A stretch of 62,794 bases of DNA, counting the filler, from Rhabdomonas costata (Eukaryota), in the NCBI GenBank assembly GCA_019059605.1. It is 49 parts of 49 records of this genome, joined end to end, with 100 filler letters (N's around TTAATTAATTAA, not from the genome) between each part and the next. Parts side by side here need not be neighbours in the genome. Positions count along the whole stretch, not along the records: positions 51,346 to 52,528 come from JAHMHO010024629.1; positions 52,629 to 53,811 come from JAHMHO010024630.1; positions 53,912 to 55,094 come from JAHMHO010024631.1; positions 55,195 to 56,377 come from JAHMHO010024632.1; positions 56,478 to 57,660 come from JAHMHO010024633.1; positions 57,761 to 58,943 come from JAHMHO010024634.1; positions 59,044 to 60,226 come from JAHMHO010024635.1; positions 60,327 to 61,511 come from JAHMHO010024636.1; 41 more parts are not named here. One strand, given 5' to 3'. This document shows positions 52,078 to 62,794 of this stretch, piece after piece. The notes under the pieces are model-generated. The model was not told where the DNA came from, did no database searches, and was given only the letters and a program-made list of their open reading frames with translations. The translations under genes and the position numbers were made by a program. Within the stretch, counting starts at the first letter, position 1; every line of letters starts with the position of its first letter.

Positions 52078-52950
52078 GTAAGCGTGCCTTCGTTTGTAAA
52101 GGTGACTTCGAGTGGCTTGAGAGGTCGCATGCTACCAGAACCCTTCGTTTTCTTCGGCAGTCAGGCTTCATGGTTCCTTTTGCGCTGAGAAAATTGTGCA
52201 GGGTCGACTGATTGAGTGGTAAAATGGGTCCGATCACTGTTTGGGGGGGGGGCGTTAAGCGGTATAACGCCGTTGCACGGTGAAGGACGAAACTAGACCA
52301 AGGGGGACCGCCCCTACTCCACACATTAGGGCAAATCCTTCGCTTTGACGTGCATCCGAAAAAATCTATCCCCCACGCCTCGTCCCTAGCTGGACGCGGC
52401 GGCGGCTAGCTTCCGTCCCAAGAATCCTCAAAACCTCCCAAAACCCAGCAAGAAGTGAAGTTTCCACCGGCAATACCTGCGTGAAATACCGCAGACAGGC
52501 GGAAAGAGTTTTTATTTACCCCCCCCCCNNNNNNNNNNNNNNNNNNNNNNNNNNNNNNNNNNNNNNNNNNNNTTAATTAATTAANNNNNNNNNNNNNNNN
52601 NNNNNNNNNNNNNNNNNNNNNNNNNNNNGGTTTTGGTTGGGGTAGGAATAGATTTTTTGCGGGAGGTCTGTTTTATTTTGGTTTTTATTTGCGTTTATTT
52701 ATGTGGAGACGCCGTTTCCAATTTGTTTGGTTCCCGGATTTCAATACTCGCCCTTCCGTACTCGAATCGGCCCGTCTCGGTATTTCAGTTATTTCATAGA
52801 TCGCAAACAATGTGGTCGTCCACCGCTTGTATATGTATGTGGTACAGCCGCGTATCGTCAGCTTTGGGTTTGCACGTTCAAACGACGTGAGTTCGTGAAC
52901 CACGGCTCAACAGTGCCATCTGGTTTGCCACTGGTATTGACTTTTTGCAG

Positions 52951-53142
52951 GTTTGGTACTTGGCCGGGGCCTCGGCCCCGCCAGGGGTGAACGTGGTCTT
53001 TGCCCCGATCTTCATTCCATTGGTGGGGAGCGGCCTGACGCTTCCCGTGGTCGCGCCAATCCGGGATCCAGTGACCAACGCGGTGTACGCTGTGACATAC
53101 GTGGACATTGCGCTTAGCCGGGTCGACGACTTTCTAAAGCAG
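52951..53142 (+). CDS. Exon encoding part of a dCache sensory domain
   Basis: VWY..FAPIFIP..GLTLPVVAPIRD..AVTYVDIALSRVDDFL; 64 codons between ttgcag| and |gttcaa. Confidence 0.7.
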
Positions 53143-54199
53143 GTTCAATCTGTTTGCCGAGGGCGGGGTAGTTTTCGATGGGTTCCTGGGGTAGGGAAAT
53201 TTCTTTTTAAACGGGAACCACATTCCGCGCTCCATTAGCCCGCGAAATGCACACAAAACACAAAGACTCACCGAGAGCTGCGCAACACACACTCCATCTC
53301 TGTGGCTTTTCTTTGCCCGTCAATTAGGGTCAATAGGGTCCATGGTTTGGCAAGCGGGGGTCTCCAAAAATCCGTGAAGGAAAGCGAGGGAAAAGAAGCG
53401 CTGATTCCCTTCTCTCAGGGACGCGTCCACGGTTCGCCGTGACGCCGCATTGGTTCTTCAGTGTGCTCAGCGCCGAGTGGTTGCCCTGCACGTGTGCAGG
53501 GAGGCCAGGTTTACTTCGCACCACCCTGAGCTGCTTTCCATGCGAAGGGAGTTGCGTTGTTCCATTTATCCCTCTGTCTTCTGGGTGAGGCTGGTGGGGG
53601 TTCCCTGATTGCTTTCCACGCCCACACCTTTATTGTTTTCATTTATCACTGGAAAAAAGAGAGAGAGAGAGAGAGAGAGAGCCATTGGCACTTTTCTACC
53701 CCAACGCTACACTTGGCTTCTTTTCTGACTCTGTTGCAGATTATAGCCCTTTCCTGCAATCCTATGGGTCGGAAAGATGAGCATCGCCATCTTTTCTGCC
53801 ATCTTTACCACNNNNNNNNNNNNNNNNNNNNNNNNNNNNNNNNNNNNNNNNNNNNTTAATTAATTAANNNNNNNNNNNNNNNNNNNNNNNNNNNNNNNNN
53901 NNNNNNNNNNNGGGTGGGGTGGTTGTGTGGGTGGGTCGGTGGTGGTGCTTGTATGTAAAGAGTTTTACCGAAACTCCATTTGACGAGCGGATATTGCTGG
54001 GCCAGACTAAAGCACTGGTTTGACAGAAAGCACCCGCACATGACAAAACGCAGGAACAGTACAGAATATCCAGGTCCAAAGCTGAACTGGGTTCCTGACT
54101 CCTGGTTCCAAGCCGGTGTGCATCGCAGCTGAAGCAAGGTGGTACACGCAACTGAATATTCGCACAACTCCTCTGATAATGTTCCCGTCCCTTTCATGC

Positions 54200-54503
54200 C
54201 TTGACGCCTGCTGTCGCCCACGGTCCCGCAAGTGGCCAGCACGGCGGTGACCTGCTCCTGGGCGGTGGGGTTGCGCCACCCGGAGCGGTCGTCGATCGAC
54301 ATCGTGGCGTGGGAGTTCATCAGGAAGTCCCACGCGCTGCACCGCGGCACTGTGCCATCACTAAGCAGCCCGAACAGCGCGGACAGCAGGGAGAGCATCA
54401 GGGGCTCGCCGCTGGGCACAGGTTTGCCCTGCAGGTACTCCTCCGACGACAGCAGCTCCATCACCACTCCCTTCAGGGGGACCAGCATCTCCGCGGAAGA
54501 CAT
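54200..54503 (-). CDS. Exon of a hypothetical protein
   Basis: GC3-rich open frame SSAEMLVPLKGVVMELLSSEEYL...GDSRRQ. Family not recognised. Confidence 0.5.
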
Positions 54504-54799
54504 TGGGGGGTTACCTCAACGTCACGAAGGAAAATGAAAGGGAGTGGGGCACAATGTGGGGTATACAAAGACCCTGAAAGGAAAAATTCGAAAGGTAAAT
54601 TGGCTTGCCTCTTCGCCCGTCCATTTCCATACTCTTTCAATTTGGTGTTGGGGTAACCTGAAAAAGTGAAAGTCACCGTCAACTCGCGGTTCAAAACGCA
54701 ACTGAAAAGCTGAGCCTGCAGATTCTACGTAATTGCTTGGGTTCGCGCAACCTCCACCACTGCCAATGAGGCCTCGTTGCTTGACAGTCAACACTGAGA

Positions 54800-55094
54800 G
54801 GAGCGATGAGATAGCGCGCCGTAGTGTCTGTGTGCGTCGTCCAAGCTGCTCCCAGGGAGCGGTTCCGCCGGGAGAGCCAGGCCCAGCCGCATGACCACGC
54901 AAGGCTCCGTACCCTATATGACCCCCTGGGACTTCATTTTTCCGCCGCGGACTTCCAGCTGTTGTGCGGGCGCTGGCTTGGAATCCCCCTGTTTTCCATT
55001 GCCAAATGTTGTGCTTGCGGCATGTCCATGTGGATCACATCCTCAGCTGTCCGGGCCTTGGCCGTTGCGCGCGCCACACCTCACTCCGGGACGC
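54800..55094 (+). mobile_element. Decayed RLE-type (CRE/SLACS-like) non-LTR retrotransposon, zinc-finger region
   Basis: AQPH..LGLHFSAADF..WLGIPLF..CACG then, after a frameshift, DHILSC..ARHTSLRD. This is the CCHC plus RH..RD motif that precedes the restriction-like endonuclease. Confidence 0.7.
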
Positions 55095-56864
55095 NNNNNN
55101 NNNNNNNNNNNNNNNNNNNNNNNNNNNNNNNNNNNNNNTTAATTAATTAANNNNNNNNNNNNNNNNNNNNNNNNNNNNNNNNNNNNNNNNNNNNTTTGTT
55201 TGTTATACTGGTTGGTGTATTGGTTAGCTTCGGATGCTGCAGTCCGGTTTATGCTTCCTTCGCAGCACAGGAGAAGCAAAAATGACTAGTATTTAAAAAC
55301 GAAATATTGGGCAAGGCTTCCGCAACGAGGTGGACTGGTGACTTCCGCTTGTGTCCGGCCGCCATGGGGAGGGTCCATCCCTAAATAAATGTCCCATCTG
55401 GGAACCGTTCATCGACCTTCCGGGGCAAAGCCACCGAAGTCCTCCCGAAGTAAAAACCCACAGATTCCGACGAAAGGCAGTGCAGTACCAAATTTCCAGT
55501 CTCGTGCCAGCGTTTAACAGATTGTTATGTGGTTAACTGCAATCGGAGCCTCAGTGTCGGATGATACGTCGAGCCTGAATCCTGAATTTGAAAAAGAGAA
55601 ACAATTGTAGGCTGCTGTGTTGTGTGCGCGACGTTCGGCAACGTATTATGCACTGTTGTTTCCCAGTGTGCAACGTTTCTCGGTTCGTTTCTGTAGGAAT
55701 AGGGGAGGCCGACGGCCCACAGCCCACAGCCAAGAAGAACGTTTGACGGAGGAACCAGAAGTGGTTTGGTTTGTGCCTTTACTTATCAATCTGTCGCATG
55801 CCCTTTCCGCAATGTCTTTTCTTCCTCTGACTGAAGTTCCCGTTTTGGACGCTAATCCATAAAATTTCTTTTCGATTTGGTTTGTGCTCTGTTGTTTGAA
55901 ACAGGACACTTCTTCCCTTTTCTTCCCTTTTCTTTTACGTTTATTTTCTTTAGCTCGTCTTTTTTTCTTTTTTTATCGTTTTTTATGAGGGGCTTTGCAT
56001 GAAAAATCTAATTCACGCTTTCACAGCCTTTGCAGAAAGGGACCCACTGCTGCCGGTCGTTTCACCCCTGGCCGGTCTGCATGGATGATTTTCTGATCTT
56101 TTTTCTTCAAATTTTGTCTTTTTCTTCCGCGCACATATACACTGTCCCAGTCACGTAGTATATCCTTTTTTTCATTTTATTTTCATCGCGTTGAGTGGGC
56201 TCGCCCGTGAACATGGGGTGCCAGTGATGCAGCGACGTTCCAGTTGTCGAGCCCATTTCGGTGTGGGTGGTTCGTTGTAAAGTACGTTGTGGGTGCTGTC
56301 GTAAAACCTCCGCTGCGTGGGGCAAGGAGCGGAGGTTTTACGACAGCACCCACAACGTACTTTACAACGAACCCCCCNNNNNNNNNNNNNNNNNNNNNNN
56401 NNNNNNNNNNNNNNNNNNNNNTTAATTAATTAANNNNNNNNNNNNNNNNNNNNNNNNNNNNNNNNNNNNNNNNNNNNTGTTGTTGCATCCAAACCAGAGT
56501 AGTACCGTTTTCACCTACCTCCTTCATATATGGCGATGAAAGTTGACGGTACTACTCTGGTTTGGATGCAACAACTTCTTCACCTTCTGGAAGCTCTGCG
56601 TCTGTGAAATCTTCGTCCTGCTCTTCCATGTCATACTCACATGGTCTAGCAGGAACATCTAAACTCTCTGGAACCACATCACATTCCTCTGCACAATGGG
56701 TCTAAACCTCGAACTTCTCCAAAATCCATTGAAATTGGTTCCCATTTCCTCACGGGCACATACAACACTCTTGGCAAATGGTGGTAAGCTTTTCATCTAT
56801 GAAACACATCACAGGTACACACATAAGCTCTCATCTTTTCTTGATGTTATTGAACGTATAAGGG

Positions 56865-57660
56865 CTATTGATCAGGGTGGCCGTCATGGACACTCATCAA
56901 TGCCATGCTGCTGGAGTATCGTGGTACCGCAAAATCACATCTAAATTCTTCTGGAAGGATACAATCACAATCTTCCACAATCTTCCCCAGATCCCAAAGT
57001 CTAACATGGTGCCAATTTGTAGGGTCCAACAACTTTGCAGTGGTCAAGTTGAAATAACTCTTCAGCACTACTGGGTCAAGCCAGTAATCGGCCCACCAAC
57101 CCTCTCTATTACCTTCTGCTGCCACCACTAAATGTGCACAAAGCGGTCCATCGAACATCAGCTTCTCCAAACTCAGCAAACACTCCATCTCCACAAATCC
57201 CAGACTCGCCTCGTCCACTGGGTGCCTAGATAAGGCATCCGCAGCGACATTTTTCTTTCCGGGAATGTGGGCAATCTGCAAAGTATACATCTGTAATCTC
57301 TTCAACCACCGCACTTGCCTTCGCAAAGGCCGGGGGTTCTTCTGCAGTTGTCAGTGTTAACTCTGACATATGAACCTAGTCAGTAATTCATCCATTCTTC
57401 CAACGCTAGCATCTCCTTCTCATGCACTGGGTAGTTTTTCTCTTCAGTTGACAGCTTTCTGGAACGACACACCACCAAATGCATCTTTCCATCTTACACT
57501 TGCTTAGAAAGTGTGGCTCCAATCCACACTTTGAAGCATCCGTGTGAAGCAACATTGGCTTCTTAAAATATGGAACGACAAAAAATGGAGATTTCAACAG
57601 TATGGCTTTCAACCTCTGAAACTCCGTTTCGTTCTCTTCAATACAAACCCACTTCTTCTT
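56865..57660 (-). mobile_element. Decayed Ty3/gypsy pol (RT connection and RNase H)
   Basis: FQRLKAILLKSP..P.FKKPMLLHTDAS, SRKLS.EEKNYPVHEKEMLA and RQVRWL..LQ..IAHIPGKKNVAADALSR, with frameshifts and stops. Confidence 0.9.
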
Positions 57661-57766
57661 NNNNNNNNNNNNNNNNNNNNNNNNNNNNNNNNNNNNNNNN
57701 NNNNTTAATTAATTAANNNNNNNNNNNNNNNNNNNNNNNNNNNNNNNNNNNNNNNNNNNNGTTTGT

Positions 57767-58940
57767 TTTGGGGCGAGTGGACTCGGATGTCTCAGGGTGC
57801 GAGCGATGATGGCACCCTCTCACCCGACCGCGGGTCGGGAGCGCCGCCGTACTCCTGCCCGCACGTTTTATCGAATCGAGCTGCGAGCAGCCCATGCTAA
57901 CCGGTTCACGCGCTCGGATATGTGACATCCTGACGCATATCCAAACACCAAACACCATTGTTACCATCGCTGCACCTTCTCCCTTCACAGCGCCTCCTTC
58001 CCGTTTTCTTTCTCCCCTCCCTCCTTGCTTTTTTGCTTCGTTTCTTGTTTTCTGACTTCCTCGAGCCCTTCACAATTCAGTATAAGTCCGCACACCAGCC
58101 CCCCCCCTCCCCAACGACTCCTGTCACTATTCTTGCTCGCACGCACATTTTTTCAATTGCAACTTCTCCTGTAAATTGAATTATTGCGTTTTCCCCAATG
58201 CACTTTCTTAAAGGAGGACCACGGCACGTCTGCAGCACTTTTCCGGAGTTTCGGAGCACGGATATCCGCCTGGAGGGGATATCCGTGCTCCGAAACTCCG
58301 GAAAAGTGCTGCAGACGTGCCGTGGCCCTCCGATGCATCCTCCGCATCCTGACGGCACTCGCAACGAAGCGAGGGGAAAGACTCTTTAGGTGACAGCGGC
58401 TGCTCTTTTTGGACCACTTCGTATACTCAGTAGTTTTTGTTGTTTTTGTATGTTAACCCAGTCCAAAGTCTGGCACAGCACACCGAAGCATCCAAGAGGA
58501 TGGTGAGTTGAGTGTGGGCGGTAACCATTCGTGTCTTTTCCACATTCTTGGAACTATCGGTGCTGGCCCTTTGCCGGACAAATGGAACAGGTTTCTTTTG
58601 GGGCGAGTGGACTCGGATGTCTCAGGGTGCGAGCGATGATGGCACCCTCTCACCCGACCGCGGGGCGGGAGCGCCGCCGTACTCCTGCCCGCACGTTTTA
58701 TCGAATCGAGCTGCGAGCAGCCCATGCTAACCGGCTCACGCGCTCGGATATGTGACATCCTGACGCATATCCAAACACCAAACACCATTGTTACCATCGC
58801 TGCAGCTTCTCCCTTCACAGCGTCTCCTTCCCGTTTTCTTTCTCCCCTCCCTCCTTGCTTTTTTGCTTCGTTTCTTCAGTTTTCTGACTTCCTCGAGCCC
58901 TTCACAATTCAGTATAAGTCCGCACACCAGCCCCCAACCC
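57767..58940 (+). repeat. Direct repeats of about 340 bp (57767-58105 and 58597-58935), period about 830 bp, around a long hairpin
   Basis: The copies differ at about five positions. Both outer ends coincide with contig ends. Confidence 0.92.
58214..58330. repeat. Long hairpin: 49-bp perfect stem (58219-58267 with 58277-58325) and 9-nt loop
   Basis: ccacggcacgtctgcagcacttttccggagtttcggagcacggatatcc, loop gcctggagg, then the exact reverse complement. The stem extends 5 bp further with one mismatch. Confidence 0.95.
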
Positions 58941-60091
58941 CCCNNNNNNNNNNNNNNNNNNNNNNNNNNNNNNNNNNNNNNNNNNNNTTAATTAATTAAN
59001 NNNNNNNNNNNNNNNNNNNNNNNNNNNNNNNNNNNNNNNNNNNGTTTTTGGGTTAGAAGTAGGGCTGCAGAATAAACTCGTTCCTTCCTGGGATTGCACC
59101 TTGCCATAGGTGGATGCAGCACACGCACAGGCGCGCGCGCAACGCACATACAGATGTTCTCTGGGGTTGTAGCAAGGCAAACTATAGTATCCTGCGTGCA
59201 TAGGTGTATCCTGCGACCCCAGGAAGGAACGAGTTTATTCTGCAGCCCTACTTCTAACCTAAAACCTAAATAAAAAAGAGGGAGGAGGATTTCGGTAGTC
59301 CGGTGCCAAAGAGCGGAGAAACGGCCTCGGCTGAAATTCCCAGTCGCAGGGGTGTTAAGAAGCACAGATTTTTATAGCCCACGCAGCTCAAAGACAACGC
59401 ACGACCTGCAGTGGGCAACGTGAAATGCACTTCTCCTCTCCCTCCATTGGCCACATTCGTCACGAGTCGGTCGCGATGAGTGGGATACACATTTCCCACA
59501 TTTGAAATAAAAATTGAATTTGCAGGAGTGGAGGAACCGCATTGAGGCAACCCTTTTTTCTCCGTGTCATAGCATTGATCGGGTACGACCAGCAAAGGCC
59601 GCAGGAGAGGATGGGTCCGGGAAATCTCAAAAGTGAAGGATCTCAAGAGAAAAAGACAACGTGTTCAGAAGGTCCTTATTACCATGACGCTTCCAGAAGT
59701 CAAAGCTCTGCATGCAGTCCCAAAAGGGTCATCTACTTTATCAGGGATCAGTGTTAAAACTAGGGAGTTAGCAAAAAAAAAAAGTGTCAAATACGTCAAT
59801 TCAAGTTTCTGGTTCACGGTTTCAAGCGGTATTTTTTTTTTGGAAAAAGCTCGATGCAGTTTATGCTGTGATATTGTACGAATGAAGTCACAATGCCAAC
59901 AGCAACTTACGCCATTGAACTTTTCAGCACGGGTGAACACGGTTCATGGCCCATCGGTGTGGCAGTGCCGAGCTCATCTGGTATATGCCGGTTCACTGCA
60001 AATCCAGGAAGATTTGATGTGGGCAAGGAAGGAAACGCATTGGCCGAGACGACGTAATCACAACGCTCATCACACACAACGCTCCACACAC

Positions 60092-60222
60092 CCCGAGAAG
60101 ATCTGTGCGCAGTCCGAGGCGAACCGCAGCATCCGCAGGGAAGGGCTGCCAAGCCACCCTTCCGCGCCCTCCTCCTCCATCAGGCAGGCGGGCCCACAGA
60201 TCGCGAAGTAGGCGTCCCCAAC
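60092..60222 (-). CDS. Exon of a class III adenylate/guanylate cyclase, with an apparent 1-nt frameshift
   Basis: GDAYFAICG, then in a shifted frame SLRMLRFASDCAQIF. Donor |gtgtgt. Confidence 0.65.
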
Positions 60223-60971
60223 ACCCNNNNNNNNNNNNNNNNNNNNNNNNNNNNNNNNNNNNNNNNNNNNTTAATTAATTAANNNNNNNNNNNNNNNNNN
60301 NNNNNNNNNNNNNNNNNNNNNNNNNNCCTGCCGATGACACAAGAAAACATTCCCTCTCGGGGAGGGGGGTTAACCGAGGAACGGCGACCTGCGCAGCGCT
60401 GCGACGTGGCCAGACCACCTGAAGTGTGTGGTGGCCTCAGACCACTGCTCCCACTTGCCCCTGGCCGGTGTTGCAGGTGAGTTGAGGGGGGGCATCGCCT
60501 GGGGTGGGGGTAACAGTTTTCCTTCCAAAAGAACTTCACAAACGCACAATGCGTTATTGCATTATTGCAGGCACGGTCTTGCCTTTGGTGTCAGTTTCGG
60601 CCGCTCTAGATTCCGTTCCCGAACTCATCTGTCACGCGAACGCCTCGCGCACCTCGCGCACTCTGATCACTAGTGTCTCCTTCGCTAATAATAAAATGTC
60701 ATTGGTATGGTTGGTATGGGTGAGTAGTCATTGATCGTCAGGTTTTTTTTTGGCTTCAGCAGCTTTTTGAACATTTTTAATCTGGCGTCTTTCATCGTGC
60801 TTGCCTTCTTGTGGAAAGTTTCGAATTGGCAGCTGGAATGTTTTCCCGTCCTTTTTCACTTTTTCTGGTGTTCGCGCTGAGAACTGTCAGGATATAGCTG
60901 CTCCCAATCAAATTTTCGCTTTTCCCCGCAAACAACTTGTACGCCCCTAACGCAATCCTTGCTGTTCTCAG

Positions 60972-61152
60972 CGTTTGACCCATGGCACTACATTGGCCTG
61001 CCCCACAACCCCTTTGGACTGCCACTCACGGAAGCACAAGCCCATCCGCCAGAGAACCCCAGCATCGTGTGGCTCGTGCGGCAGGCCAACTTCACCCTTG
61101 GGCTGCCGCACGCCACCGCGACCTTCGCGTGGAACTTCTTCCTGCGTTTCAT
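60972..61152 (+). CDS. Exon of an S1/P1 nuclease (3'-nucleotidase/nuclease family)
   Basis: WHYIGLPHNP...SIVW...FAWNFFLRF, ending just before the expected H..GD.HQPLH motif. Borders cag| and |gtgcgt. Confidence 0.8.
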
Positions 61153-62794
61153 GTGCGTCCTCTCCCCTTTCTTTCCACCCTCGCCCGACATGCTTGTCGC
61201 CTGTTTGATAGAAAGGGCAGGAACAGATGCATGTGAGCTCATCCCCCTTCATGCCCCTTCATGTCTTCCGTCTTCATTACACACATTACTCAGTGTAATC
61301 ATTTTTTGGTGGACCCTCCTCCCCCCCTCTTTTGGGGGTAGTCGGAGGGAACCCCGGAACAACAGCGTTTTTCATCAGTTTCCTCTGTTTTTCGCCGTGT
61401 GTTTGGTTTTCACTGAGGCACACACCTCTCTTTCACGAACTGTCATGGCGTGTCCCAGCGCTTGGGCCTGCCAGGTGCCTCAGCCCTTCAGCGGGGATGT
61501 CATTCCTCTCTNNNNNNNNNNNNNNNNNNNNNNNNNNNNNNNNNNNNNNNNNNNNTTAATTAATTAANNNNNNNNNNNNNNNNNNNNNNNNNNNNNNNNN
61601 NNNNNNNNNNNGGGTGTTGGGCTACCGATGCCAGCACCCTCGATATGATTATTGAAGTGTGATTGCAAGGGGTTCCAGTGGGAAGATTTACCAGCGCCCC
61701 CCTCCCCCATTCCCAACATAATCCAACTCAAGTGTTTGCCGGTTTCCCTCTCACTTCACGGTTGACATTTTTCCGTCGTCCATGCCATCACTCCCCTGTC
61801 GCTCCTCCCGGCCGCCCCTTCTCACGGAGTGGCTCGGCGAGGTTTGGCTGATTTTATGTCGGGGTTCCGTCTTCTTCAGGAGGCTATTGCTTCCTTCACT
61901 TAAGCACCCGATTCTGGGGGTGTATCGTTTCCACGAGTTTGTTGCCGTTCTATTGTCGTTTGTCTTTGCTTCCATCAGTGGTGACCAGGCAAGAAATGCT
62001 TCCTCGTTGCTCACTTTCCCTCACTGTATCGCGTTCCCGCTTTCATTGGGGTGTTGGTTTCTCACACAGCGCCAGCTGGAGTCCGCTGCCCGCAAGTTAG
62101 AGGTCTCTCTCTTCCTCGTATCTGTTTGTGCGCATGTGTTTTTATTGGCCGTGTGTACACAAACCAATCTTTTGATTGCTTCTATTTCTTTATTTTTGCT
62201 CTGCTCCCAAAGAAAAATTTTAGTTTGGGGCTATTGTATTTTTTCTTTGTCTTTGCTGCAGAGTAGCCCAGCAGTGTGCCATGTGTTAGTAGGCTTTTGC
62301 AGAGTGCCCCGAGAGGTGCAGTTTTCTTCTATTGGGAAGCGGCGAGAATATCTTTTTGGTCTTCTTTGGACAGAGGGACTGAAAGAAGAAGCGCTGAAAG
62401 CAGGGATCCGAAAGATAGATGAAAAGGAAAGATGTCCCCAGCATCCAGCGCGCGCGTAAAAACACACCCTGCCACAGGCGAGTGCATCGGCAACCCATAA
62501 GTGGAGACCTAGCGGCCACCAGCAGTGTGCTCACATCCTTTCCTGAACTCAAAAAACCAAAACAAGGAGGAAGCCTTTGCCCCCGGCATCACACTCAACT
62601 CCCAATGCTCTTTGAAGGAGAAAAGGGAATGGGCTCAAACTCATCCCACAATGTCCTGGGTAGGGGTGGGGGGGTTTCTGTGCGCAAACCAACCGTGTGG
62701 CGCTAAAGAGTGACCGGGGTCAGAAACCGGCCGCACGTGACACTTTGCTACACGGTTGCCATGTGCAGGTTTGGTTTGTACCGAAGACGTCCAC

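Noticed and set aside
57800..57935. Box C/D snoRNA within the 830-bp repeat
   Set aside because: The C box is imperfect (ATGATGG), the nearest CTGA is about 125 nt away, and I could not identify an rRNA guide sequence.

Overview
This window is not one locus. It is about 49 unrelated contigs of about 1.18 kb each, joined by artificial 100-nt spacers (N44-TTAATTAATTAA-N44), so synteny across spacers is meaningless. Most contigs start with G/T-only and end with A/C-only sequence, and about ten carry terminal fold-back inverted repeats, which points to a low-input library amplified with semi-degenerate primers. The DNA is eukaryotic nuclear sequence: short GC-rich exons separated by spliceosomal introns of roughly 200-600 bp. 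The 5' splice sites are unusual (GT/GC-N-Y, often G at +5). Together with candidate trans-splice acceptors and a paraflagellar-rod-like N-terminus, this suggests a euglenozoan, probably a euglenid (inference). Gene fragments recognised from motifs include a PIWI-clade Argonaute with Ala at the first catalytic Asp, an intronless R-S-E ADP-ribosyltransferase with an EF-hand-like tail, alpha-kinase, cactin, DMAP1/Swc4, KATNAL2, DDX11/Chl1, mPGES-2, S1/P1 nuclease, Cache, HAMP and cyclase receptor pieces, and SPRY, WD40, ankyrin, MORN and F5/8-type domains. Decayed Ty3/gypsy and non-LTR retroelements and several repeats are also present. No multi-gene novel system can be supported from this window. 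The best leads are the probable slicer-dead PIWI, the ART-EF-hand protein, the splice-site signature and a hairpin-containing repeat of about 830 bp. All identifications come from reading motifs by eye; no database search was run.
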